Shown piece by piece: positions 49,029-61,241 of a stretch of 64,000 nucleotides of DNA (its first letter is position 1; each line of letters begins with the position of its first letter). The stretch covers positions 30,628,001-30,692,000 of the forward strand of contig NC_092674.1 in the NCBI RefSeq assembly GCF_964355755.1. Direction: 5' to 3'. Under the pieces are notes generated by a model. It saw only the letters and a list, made by a program, of their open reading frames with translations, was not told where the DNA came from and searched no databases. The translations under genes and the position numbers were made by a program. The stretch is from Antedon mediterranea (lineage: Eukaryota > Animalia > Echinodermata).

Positions 49029-50223
49029 TTATCATTTTAACTCTCTAGTTACTAAGGAATCTTTTGGTTAGTGATGACATGTCAGGTCATGTTAATTCAT
49101 GCATTAAATTAGGACACCCTATTCCTAGACACAGTTTTGTTGATTTCTAGGTTTTAGGATGATTACCAAAGACACATTGCATATCTAAGCCCTAGGTCGT
49201 TGGCCATCTCAAATCAAACGCTCTTTCTGATTGTTGACACTTACAGTATATCTAAATTTAGGCTTCTTAGAACCATCAATACTGTATTTAATATTTATTT
49301 GGTTGATTGATATTAATTTTGCTGTTAGTAGAGGTTTGATTTAATTAATTTTTTTTTTACTTTATTTATATTTTTTATTTATTTATTTATTTATTTGTGC
49401 ACTGTAGTAATATTAATAAATTATGAAGTAATGTAAAAATATTTATATTACTATAGTAATCAAAGTTTTTAGGTATAAATAAATAATTGTAAAATATAAA
49501 TCTACAGGGTAAATCATGAAATGTAATTAATTTTAAAAAGAAATATACTGTACTACACATACTGTATATATATTACAAAATAATGTAAATATATTTATAT
49601 TACTATGGTAATCCCAGTTTATAGGTAAGAGATAAATCATTTTAAAATAAAAATTGCAAACCTACTTGGTGAATCATTGAAATGTAATGAGAAAAAAAAA
49701 GAAATATATTAGCCTATTGTTGGCTGTAAGATTTAGAAATAGCTGAGTGTGAATAGCTGAGTGTGAATAGCTGAGTGTGGAGGCGGAGGGAGAGAGGCAT
49801 CGCCTAAACATGGAAAAATAAACTGCTGAACTCATAATATTTTATCCTTTGCATTGTATAAGGTAAATTAAAGGATCTTTCACACAGGCTTCAGTTCTGG
49901 TTCGCGCATATCAAGAAGCATGATTGGTCCATAGCCGCGTGGAGCATCTTCACATTCGGATGCCATTATTTGCCAGAGTCGGACTCCAGAAGGAGGTTTG
50001 AAAGATGTTTTAATAAATAACATAAATAGTACTAAACTCTGTATCTTAACTTTTATCCTGTGATAATAGCAATTAAATATTTTTTCATAAACACTGTGTA
50101 TAGTATTTGTAATCTGTACTTTCAAATTATAAATAATGGTGATGATGATTTAAAAAAATGATGGTTACACCAGTGATAATAATGATGAGTGATGATGTTG
50201 TTTCTGCTGACTTCACTATACAA

Positions 50224-51530
50224 GATTAATTCTGCCTATTTACCAACATTCTTGGAGTAGTTTCTAGTAACAAACCACGTCAACATTTCTACTGCTGTTT
50301 TACTGGATTAATCTGCCTATTTACCTACATTCTTGGAGTAGTTTCTAGTAACAAACCATGTCAACATTTCTACTGCTGTTTTACTGGATTAATTCTGCCT
50401 ATTTACCAACATTCTTGGAGTAGTTTCTAGTAACAAACCACGTCAACATTTCTACTGCTGTTTTACTGGATTAATCTGCCTATTTACCTACATTCTTGGA
50501 GTAGTTTCTAGTAACAAACCATGTCAACATTTCTACTGCTGTTTTACTGGATTAATTCTGCCTATTTACCAACATTCTTGGAGTAGTTTCTAGTAACAAA
50601 CCACGTCAACATTTCTACTGCTGTTTTACTGGATTAATTCTGCCTTTTTACCAACATTCTTGGAGTAGTTTCTAGTAACAAACCACGTCAACATTTCTAC
50701 TGCTGTTTTACTGGATTAATTCTGCCTATTTACCAACATTCTTGGAGTAGTTTCTAGTAACAAACCACGTCAACATTTCTACTGCTGTTTTACTGGATTA
50801 ATTCTGCCTATTTACCAACATTCTTGAAGTAGTTTCTAGTAACAAACCACGTCAACATTTCTACTGCTGTTTTACTGGATTAATTCTGCCTTTTTACCAA
50901 CATTCTTGGAGTAGTTTCTAGTAACAAACCACGTCAACATTTCTAATGCTGTTTTACTGGATTAATTCTGCCTATTTACCTACATTCTTGGAGTAGTTTC
51001 TAGTAACAAACCACGTCAACATTTCTACTGCTGTTTTACTGGATTAATTCTGCCTATTTACCAACATTCTTGGTAGTTTCTAGTAACAAACCACGTCAAC
51101 ATTTCTACTGCTGTTTTACTGGATTAATTCTGCCTATTTACCAACATTCTTGGAGTAGTTTCTAGTAACAAACCATGTAAACATTTCTACTGCTGTTTTA
51201 CTGGATTAATTCTGCCTTTTTACCAATATTCTTTGAGTAGTTTCTAGTAACAAACCATGTCAACATTTCTACTGCTGTTTTACTGGATTAATTCTGCCTA
51301 TTTACCAACATTCTTGGAGTAGTTTCTAGTAACAAACCACGTCAACATTTCTACTGCTCAGTTTTACTGGATTAATTCTGCCTATTTACCAACATTCTTG
51401 GAGTAGTTTCTAGTAACAAACCATCAACATTTCTACTGCTGTTTTACTGGACTAATTCTGCCTATTTACCAACATTCTTGGAGTAGTTTCTAGTAACAAA
51501 CCACGTCAACATTTCTACTGCTGTTTTACT
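50224..51530. repeat. 82-bp satellite, ~16 copies
   Basis: Unit gattaattctgcctatttaccaacattcttggagtagtttctagtaacaaaccacgtcaacatttctactgctgttttactg. Confidence 0.97.
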
Positions 51531-52440
51531 GTAGTAACTACATTTCTTACTGCAGTAACATATGATTTTAATGAAAAATGCTTTCTTAATAAACATTTTG
51601 AAGCTCAACAACTGCAGTAGAATAATTGTAAACAGTGCCCCTAACAAAAATTCAAAATTAAAACAAAACGATCAGTGTTTATATGATTCTAAAGACCATG
51701 TTGCTAAAGATAGAATTATTGGTTTTTTTGTATTGCTTTACAATAATATGAGCTTTCAATGAAACTTTATGAACTTTGACCGTACATCATGATTACATGT
51801 GAACTTTGTTATTTAGTTTAAATATTAGACATGATAACCAGTTTACTTTACAACTACAGTACTTAGTCTTGAGTATGGTAACTCCAGGCACGGGACGTGC
51901 TTTATTTTAAGTACTTGCCTGCTTCCTGTTACTTATTTGTAAGGTAGATACTTAATTTTCTTGTGTACAATTGTTTTTTTAATTACAATCTATTATTCAT
52001 TTCCTACAGTAGAATTTCCCCTTTGGGACATCCATATTAAATGACAGGACTTCCCTTTCAAGGAAACATATTCCCTTGAAATTAACGAGGAGGTTTTAAC
52101 CAAGTCCCTGTTTTAACTCTCTAAAGACCAACCATTATTCAGGGTGGGGGGGGGGGGACTTAAGGGATACTTAAGGTGTCTCCCTTATATTAATCCACTA
52201 AATTTGTTTATTGAGATCAACTGATAAATACAGCAGTATACAACTTTATTTAGCCATGTGTGTTTAGTAAATTATTGTCATTTTTACGATTAATTGAAAA
52301 TCTATCTCTAGTGTTTGTAATTATATATAGGCTGTATAGGCCTATCTATCATCTTTTCTACATAGTGGGATGAACATTAGCATATTATTATAGATTAATC
52401 TGCATTTATTGTTCATCTGTACAATATCATAGCATTCACC

Positions 52441-55400
52441 ATGAGTTATGAAAGATTTGAAGATGACGATGAGGAAGACATTCCACAAATAGCAGTCACT
52501 TTTTCAAATGACCTGTCTAATGGAACCGATGCAGTGCATTTACAAGGGATTGGTGATGCACAAAGCAATTCTAGCGCTGTCTTGCAGCTGTCAGACCACC
52601 AGGAAACACTAAATGGGATTCAACCAACGAAAGAACTTACAACAATAAAGTAATATATTTTATCTTATAATAATCATTTATATAGACATTTTTTAAGGTG
52701 TTGGTTGGAATTCCCTACCAATTTCAATCTATGTGCCAATTTATTCGAAAACTACACTTTGAAGGTGTTGATGATTCTATTGTGTTGCGGAATTCTCTAC
52801 CAATTTCTAATTTAGCCAATTCTAAGATCAAGATGAAGACTTTTCTTCCAACGAGCTTTTTCGTTTATTTAACAATCTTGCCATTTCTTGCTTTACTTCA
52901 ATGATTGAGAGACTCATTATTATGCTGGACCTATATAACTATAATTTATATTATAATTATTGTGCCGTCTGGTATTGTAACCCCTCATACTTGTCGAACT
53001 TTGTACATTTTATTTTCACAGAAAAGCCAGGCTAAAAGCAAAGTGGTTTACGGAGCATCTATATGTCAGGTAACATGTAATTTATAGATTGTTGTAATCT
53101 TTCTAATTATTAAGATTAACACACAGACTTCCTTTAAAACGATAATTAAATGGAATAACCAAAGTTTTTCTTAATAATTCGATTGTGAAATTTGTTTAAA
53201 ACAATGTTTAATTTGACAGACTTTTTGGCGTGTTTCTGGTTATTTTCGATATTATTATCGTGATTGTTGATATAATAGAAGACCCGGTAAAAGGACCGTA
53301 TCTTACAACATATGACATCATATCTCTCACTATACTCAGCTACTTTATAATGGAACTGTCCTTACGTATGTTTGCTAAAGGGTGAGAACATTATTAATAT
53401 CCATCATTATTTATCAAAAATTTGACGGTGCCCATATATGGACATGATAATGTCATATCACTACCATATTTGGGCATATCACTACCATATTTGTGTGTAA
53501 ACAGAACTTAAGAAGACCCTTAAATCTTTATCATATCATCATCAACAACATTATAATCATCATTTCTTCATTACACATATTATAACCAGAATTAATGTTT
53601 GTTATATTCATTTTTTATTCTGTACATTCAATGTATATTTTGTTTTGTTTTAGAAAGAAATTTTTCTACAGCACTATCGATTTAATTGATACATTTATTG
53701 TATTTTTAACGGGTTCAGTTACTATTGTCTATGTATCTGTTGATTTCTCTGGAGATGTGGGCCAGTATTACAAGTATGTAGACATATTTGTTTGATTTAA
53801 TTACCCTTTTTTCAGAAAATAACTTCTGTATTATTTATTACACAAAAAAAACAAGAACGATGTAACTATACTGATCACACTAAAATATAATTTTCTTTCA
53901 TTTATCGTACAATCTAGTATTGTTTTTATATTTGTATTACACTTTGTTTAATGAGGGTGACTTAAAACAGCCGAGGCTGGGACAGGGACGATATAAATAA
54001 TGAGGGTGACTTAAAACAGCCGAGGCTGGGACAGGGACGATATAAATAATGAGGGTGACTTAAAACAGCCGAGGCTGGGACAGGGACGATATAAATAATG
54101 AGGGTGACTTAAAACAGCCGAGGCTGGGACAGGGACGATATAAATAATGAGGGTGACTTAAAACAGCCGAGGCTGGGACAGGGACGATATAAATAATGAG
54201 GGTGACTTAAAACAGCCGAGGCTGGGACAGGGACGATATAAATAATGAGGGTGACTTAAAACAGCTGAGGCTGGGACAGGGACGATATAAATAATGAGGG
54301 TGACTTAAAACAGCTGAGGCTGGGACAGGGACGATATAAATAATGAGGGTGACTTAAAACAGCTGAGGCTGGGACAGGGACGATATAAATAATGAGGGTG
54401 ACTTAAAACAGCTGAGGCTGGGACAGGGACGATATAAATAATGAGGGTGACTTAAAACAGCTGAGGCTGGGACAGGGACGATATAAATAATGAGGGTGAC
54501 TTAAAACAGCTGAGGCTGGGACAGGGACGATATAAATAATGAGGGTGACTTAAAACAGCTGAGGCTGGGACAGGGACGATATAAATAATGAGGGTGACTT
54601 AAAACAGCTGAGGCTGTGACAGGGACGATATAAATAATGAGGGTGACTTAAAACAGCTGAGGCTGGGACAGGGACGATATAAATAATGAGGGTGACTTAA
54701 AACAGCTGAGGCTGGGACAGGGACGATATAAATAATGTTATAGTAGTATTCAAATTAACTTGTGAGAATACGATGTTTCGTGAGATATGCTTTATTGGTT
54801 GGTGACTTCATTAGCATATTTTAATATTTCTCCCTCAATATTATATAAATGTAATGTTACTTTGGTGTGTTTTTTCAGATTAGTGGTAGTGTGTCGTCTG
54901 ATGAGGGTCTTCTTGTTCGTACGTCTTTTAACTGAAAGAGATCATGTCAACAAGGCTTCAAGACGAATGGTGAATTGAACTTCTTGTTTTATAATAAGAC
55001 AATAAACTGACCATTCAATCATATAACAGATGAGAACTCTTAGTTAACAACAAAAAACAACGTATGATTGTTGGAGAGACTCACACACACATACCGGTGA
55101 CAGCGTTCTTAATGCGTTTGTCTCTCCTCGGCTCCATCTTCTACTTTTATATTTTATATTTCTATGTTTTGTAAAGTTTATCATGTCTATTGCCAAAATG
55201 ATTAAATACTTTACTGTTATGCCTAATTGTTTACTGATATATGCAAAATATTTATCTCATTTGCCTTGTAATTAATGTCTTTAGGTTTCGGAAAACAAAA
55301 GAAGGTATCGTGAAGAAGGATTTGACCTGGATCTAACATACATAACAGGTTTGGCGATTATAGATTGCTTACATGTTAACACAATGTGTACACAGCAGCT

Positions 55401-58020
55401 TGAATCTTAACTTTTATGATTGAAATGTTTAAACTATGGGTTTATTTTCTCAATAGAGCATCACATTCTCGGAAATGTTGTATCAATGTTTATTGTTGGA
55501 TGTATACACCCTAAAATGTTCTGTTTCAGATCGTATTATAGCTACATCATTCCCATCATCTGGTAAACAAAAATTGTACAGAAATTCTATCAAAGAAGTT
55601 TCCAAGTTTTTAGAATTCAAACACTGCAACCATTACAAAGTCTACAATCTTTGCAGTAAGTTACATTATTATTTGTATATGGGTTACCGGTACTTAACTT
55701 AAGAATACTTACTTAAGAATATAAATTGGAAATGAAGGGGACTTTTTACAACAGCGCAGATCCTATCCTTTGATAACTTGTGTGTATAGTAGCAACTTAC
55801 TTACTATGATTGTACCATACATTACCTGCCACCTATAACACATGAGATATTACATGGTGGTTGATGAATGCTTTTTGCAATGAAAATGACGTAGGCAATA
55901 GGCATATATATTATGTTTTATATTGGACGCTTTCAACCATTTGTAACCAAATTATATCAAAACATTTAGATGATTTAGAAGAACGTCTAAGTTTATTACA
56001 CCATAATGTAACAATTATCACTTATATTTATGTTTTAGGTGAGAAACATTACGATGAATCTTATTTCCAATTTCGAGTTCAACGAGTCATGATAGATGAT
56101 CATAATGTGCCACATCTAGTGTGAGTTGGACCCTTTACTGATTAAGTCAACTAATTGTCTAAATTTGTTCTTTTCTTCCTAAAACTCATCTTTATCGCAT
56201 TTCAATATGATGATAAATTGTGCATACATGTGAATGTGAATGAATATGTTGAATATTTGGTTTCAGAGAACTACAGAAGTTCACTGCTAATGCCAAAGAA
56301 TGGATTGAAAAAGACCCAAAGAATGTAATTGTGGTGCATTGTAAAGGTGGAAAAGGTACGTTTTTAAGTTTCTAGCGTTCGTTATTGTTGTTTAGTAATA
56401 ACTAGTATAGCAAGTACCGGTACTTCAATAAGGTAAGTAAGAACATATAAGCACTTAAGCAAGTAAAGTAATTGTATCTTTTCATTTATCCTCCTAAAAC
56501 TAATATTGTTTTTTTTAATAGGACGGACTGGTACATGTATAAGTTGTTGGCTGTTGGAATCGGCTGAATTTAAAACAGCAAAGGTAAGACATATTTTAAC
56601 TTTGTCAAATAAAAGTATATTAATTTATTTATAAACTATACACGTATTTTAACACTTATATTAGAATAAATTAATTATTCATTATTACGTTTTCAAATTT
56701 CATATTCAAGTGATGTTTTATTTTGATTTTTAGGAAGCGCTGGACCATTTTGGAAATCGTAGAACAGATTACGATGTTGGGAGTAAATTTCAAGGTGTAC
56801 AAACACCCAGTCAAGTAAGTACTGGAATTTAAGTATTTCAAGTAAACACTTAAGTAAGTTAGTAAGTACCCAAGTACGTCAATTAAGTACCAAGTACTTA
56901 AGTAAGAACAACTGTACAAAATTAAGTAAGTTAGTTTGCATTGTACAATTGTTGGTAGTAGTTCTTACAATGTGTATTTGTTGTTACCACAGGCTCGGTA
57001 TGTTGGTTATTATGAAATGGTTAAATACACGCACAATGGTATGATTCCTAACTCGTCCACATTCAAGATAGAGTCCATCCAAGTACAGTCTTTACAGGGT
57101 TCGTACTTTTATTTATATTTTTCTTATCACTTCATGAAAAGAAACGTTCTGTAGACACAAAATCATTTCAATAAACAATTATGTAATTCATACATCTTGT
57201 TTTACTAGGATTTGGTGCAGGTAATGGCAGTGATCTAAGTTTGGAGGTAATGTGTAGCGGTAAAACAATATTAAAATCTGTGTTTGCTAAAAATCTCAAC
57301 TGCACGGTAAGTGATCACCTAATGCGACATCAAGTTATCTTTACTTTCTTTAAACCGGTACTTTATTATTTTAAATATGTTTGTTAGATAAAACCTCTTT
57401 ATTACCTCTTTGTATTATCAGGCAATCTACGATGCAGGCAAAGACAACATCACAGCAAATCTCATCAACTGTCCTCCTTTCAAGGGAGATATCAAAATAC
57501 GTTTTACTTCATCTCATAAGGCAAGTCAGAGAATTCTATCGAATTCATGCAATTTCTTTTAATGTGCCCAAATATGGTAGTGATATGCTAAAATATAGTT
57601 GTATGACATCATCATGTACATAATTATTTGGGCATATCACATTATTATGTCAAATAATAAAGTTTGAGGCAGAGCTTGAGGCCTACACGTCTAGTCAACT
57701 GAATTATCATACTAACAGATTGCGCCGTTTATCATCTCTGGTTTTTCTTTTTCCAGAAGGTGCCAAAGGCCTATGATCATTGTGCTTTCTTCTTCTGGTT
57801 TCACACAGCTTTCATTAAAAACGACAGGTAAAAAAGTGTTCTAGTTACTGCTTGTAATCCAGTACTTAATTTTAATTTAAAAAAAATCTACTTCTTCTTT
57901 TGTCTTGTCTATAGCCTTTTCCTGACAAGAGACGAGCTGGATAATCCTCACAAAGATGAACAGTTTAATGTGTTCAACAAGAATTTTGCGGTTCATGTAA
58001 AACTTACGCAAAACTGTTAA
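52441..58020 (+). CDS. TPTE2: Voltage-sensing phosphoinositide phosphatase (VSP/TPTE2-like), ~16 coding exons
   Basis: S1-S4 exons (ELSLRMF; [10 protein letters not shown]), linker [28 protein letters not shown], catalytic HCKGGKGRTG, and C2 domain ([18 protein letters not shown]). Stop TAA at 58018-58020. Confidence 0.92.
53949..54737. repeat. 49-bp minisatellite, 16 copies, in the VSP intron before the S4 exon
   Basis: Unit aatgagggtgacttaaaacagc[c/t]gaggctgggacagggacgatataaat. Confidence 0.97.
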
Positions 58021-59624
58021 ACTACCGTACTCTGTTAATACTGCTGGCTCGCAGTTGCAATGATATTTTGATACTTACGATTACATTAATCGATAGAGTT
58101 ATTATCTGAGCACTAAGTGGGACAAACTAGACAAAGTGAAGAGGATCAGGAGTGAATCATCTAACCTTTCGGACACTGTCCAGATATTAAGATTCCAGTT
58201 AATAATTAATTAATAATTTAATATTTATGAAGAACCAAGTTGTATTGTATTCTTGGGAAAGTATTGAAAGGATCGTTGAAGTCTAGCATGCATTGCCCAT
58301 CGTAAATATTAGCTCCCTTCCCAGCCTACTTCAGAAAATATTTACTGCAGAATGCATGCTTAATTCAAATGAGTATAGCAGCTTATAAACAAATTGTAAA
58401 ATATTAAATTTCAGACAGAATCATTAATTTGTTGTACTTTCTGAAATGAGTAGGCCTAATGTGTGATGCCAAACTACATAATGCACCGAGTAGGCCTACG
58501 GATGACAATAATAATGTTAATATAGCGCATTCCACAAACAATATCGTCTCATTTGTTTAAAACTGTGAAATTTAACACAGATGGGAAATGATGATTGATT
58601 ATTGAATTGAATTTGTGTGCTACAGCCAGCCCTCAAATTTCACTCGCAAAGTAGCTATTTGTCGTATTCGTTGAGTACTTTTTGTATTCGAATTGTAAAT
58701 TTGTGCTCAACAGAAAGTCATTCGAATAGAAAACGTTGACAACGAAAGCTTTTTCGTTAAGAACAATCTCCACGCTCAAAATCATTAGGCGCAGGAGCCC
58801 CGGATAGCGTTACGAAGTCGTTAACTCTGTCAGCCCATGGTCAACCCAACTAATGTGTTTTTCCCAAGGACAAGTTATCAATAACTAAACTTTGTCACCA
58901 CCCATAAGTGTGCTGTTCATTTCCTATTGACCAATGAACACCAATGTAACTGGACCTGAGTTTCTTGCTATTCGACCTTGGGTGCAAATTATACAATTAA
59001 TTGATGTTAAGGCCACTGACTACTCTTTTCTGTATAGAAACACTGAATTGACTGAATAATAAGAAAACCCTACAATAATTTCTACTACTACTTGATATGG
59101 TGTTATACAAGAACTATATTAAAAGAATTGAATGTATGGAGACTGAAAAGTTAAACGTTATAACTTATGTAAAACATCACTTAGATGATATCTATCAGAT
59201 ATATCATTTTCTAAAAATTGTTTCATTAGTTAGAATCATGGAGTTACTCCATGGTTAGAATAGATCACGGAAAACCAATACCAATAGTAATACTGATCTG
59301 GACTCGGAAATTCAAAATGTAGCAGGCAACGTTTCACCAATGAAAACTTTCAAGACAAACAAAGTATCATAATTATCATGATATCCATTTTTATTTAATA
59401 ACGATAAATGGATATAAATATTTCGTCTTTTTTGTTATTTTGTGATGGAAAATATATTGAGTGAACATTGGCACTGAGCTTAAATGTTCCCCGTCCCCTT
59501 AATGTCCGCTTTATAGGAGTGTCCCCTCAGTAAAGATTTGCTGTTTTTCCCCTTAATAATAAATTATGATGTCCATCTTATCCTCTCAATTTTAATGTGC
59601 TACACCCGATAATAGAATACACAT

Positions 59625-59770
59625 CTAGCTCGTGTGTACTTAAAGAACCTAGTACATCTTTCGAGACGAGTGGAGGGTTACCCCGGTGTATTAGTACATC
59701 ACAGCCACTGATCACCAACTGGGCCCTCTGGGAGACCAGTCTTTGACTGAAGAGGTTACCCAGTATAAAT
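59625..59770 (+). mobile_element. Truncated Deu-type SINE
   Basis: Matches the 28560-28720 copy in reverse orientation. Confidence 0.6.
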
Positions 59771-60379
59771 ATATATTTCAATTCAATTCAATAGAATAAC
59801 TGTACAGTAGGCTCCCATTTGATGCAATGTGTTACCCAATGTGCTCAATTTGATTGTGCTACCCAAATCCATGCTATCCATTTGAAATAATTTGCTATCC
59901 ATTTGAAAGAATGTGCTACCCGATAATCCGTATAGAATAATGTACAGTACAATTAGGGCCCGTTCGGACGGGACTGAAACTACCGTGTACTTCCAACTGT
60001 GAGGTCGCGTGTGGCAATTAACTTACGCCTCTGGCTATAAAAAATTAGAAAACCATCTGGTTGAAAAATCCACCAACTTTACTGGTTATTTCAATCCCAT
60101 TCCAATTACACGCTGCCTCGGGGTATAATTAATCAAGCGTTAACGGGGTCATGTCAAATCGCGACCTCAAATAAGCTTTCTGATTGTTTAACAATTATTG
60201 TTTAAAATGTTCTTTTTCGTTAATGCGAATGTATATCTATTGTTTTGTAAAATTATATATAAATAATCAACTCGTTGGTTTTTTTCCGGTGACAAACTTG
60301 CGAATCGGTGGCTTATAATGTACATGTAACGGCAGGGAGTTCTGTATTGTGGTAGCCTGGTGTCTGTGAATTACCACAT

Positions 60380-60640
60380 CAACCGTTCGGCTCGCACGAT
60401 AAGAGGGGTACAGTGCGTGTTAAATGGAATTTTTACAACAATGGTTCGGCTCGCACGATGAATACACGTGGTGATTTTTACAAGAGGGGTACAGTGCGTG
60501 TACAATTGAATTTTCACAACAATAGTTCGGCTCGCACGATAAATACACGTGGTGATTTTTACAAGAGGGGTACAGTGCGTGTACATTAAATGGAATTTCC
60601 ACAACAATAGTTCGGCTCGCACGATAAATACACGTGGTCA
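60380..60640. repeat. Imperfect ~85-bp tandem repeat (about 3 copies)
   Basis: Recurring gttcggctcgcacgat...acacgtgg...aagaggggtacagtgcgtgt. Confidence 0.8.
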
Positions 60641-61241
60641 ACAAACAACATACGTTAGCAGGATTTTCGATCATTATTTATTTAAAAAGTAAATTGTATT
60701 CGATGTATTATAAATATATAGGTCTGGTTGTCGATTGAAAAATAATAATTGAACGATTCGCGCGCGAAACGACATGCAATATCCAGTTGAATTTGTCAAC
60801 ACGCCATGTCAATTGATATGGGTCGACGCACAGAGGGCGCTTTTTGACCTAAGAATTCCGATCTTAATTGGTTTCGTGTCAGCTTACCGGTACTTTGTTT
60901 ATTCGTACGAACGTCGTATGGGTTTTACCCCAAGGGTAAAAACCAAATAAACGTGTATTTCAATCGCCGTACGAACACGGTCTTATATCCATTAGTACTC
61001 CGTTAAAGAAGTACTCAACGGAAAAACTGTACTCAACGGTGAAAGTCTAAATCGAATACGACAATTGTTACAATCAGAGTACAAAATGACCAATCGAATA
61101 TGACCCCAAGCCAAAAAAGTTCCCAATCGAATACCAAAGAAATACACAAGTGAAAACAAAATCGTGGGTCGGTTGTCGACGCACATACGATGGGCTGCTG
61201 CCTGTAAGATTAATTTTGATTAATTAATTGAGAATGCTAGC

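Noticed and set aside
1796-58020. Functional cluster of proton channel, VSP and ciliary genes
   Set aside because: Adjacent eukaryotic genes need not be co-regulated, and the sequence gives no evidence of shared control.
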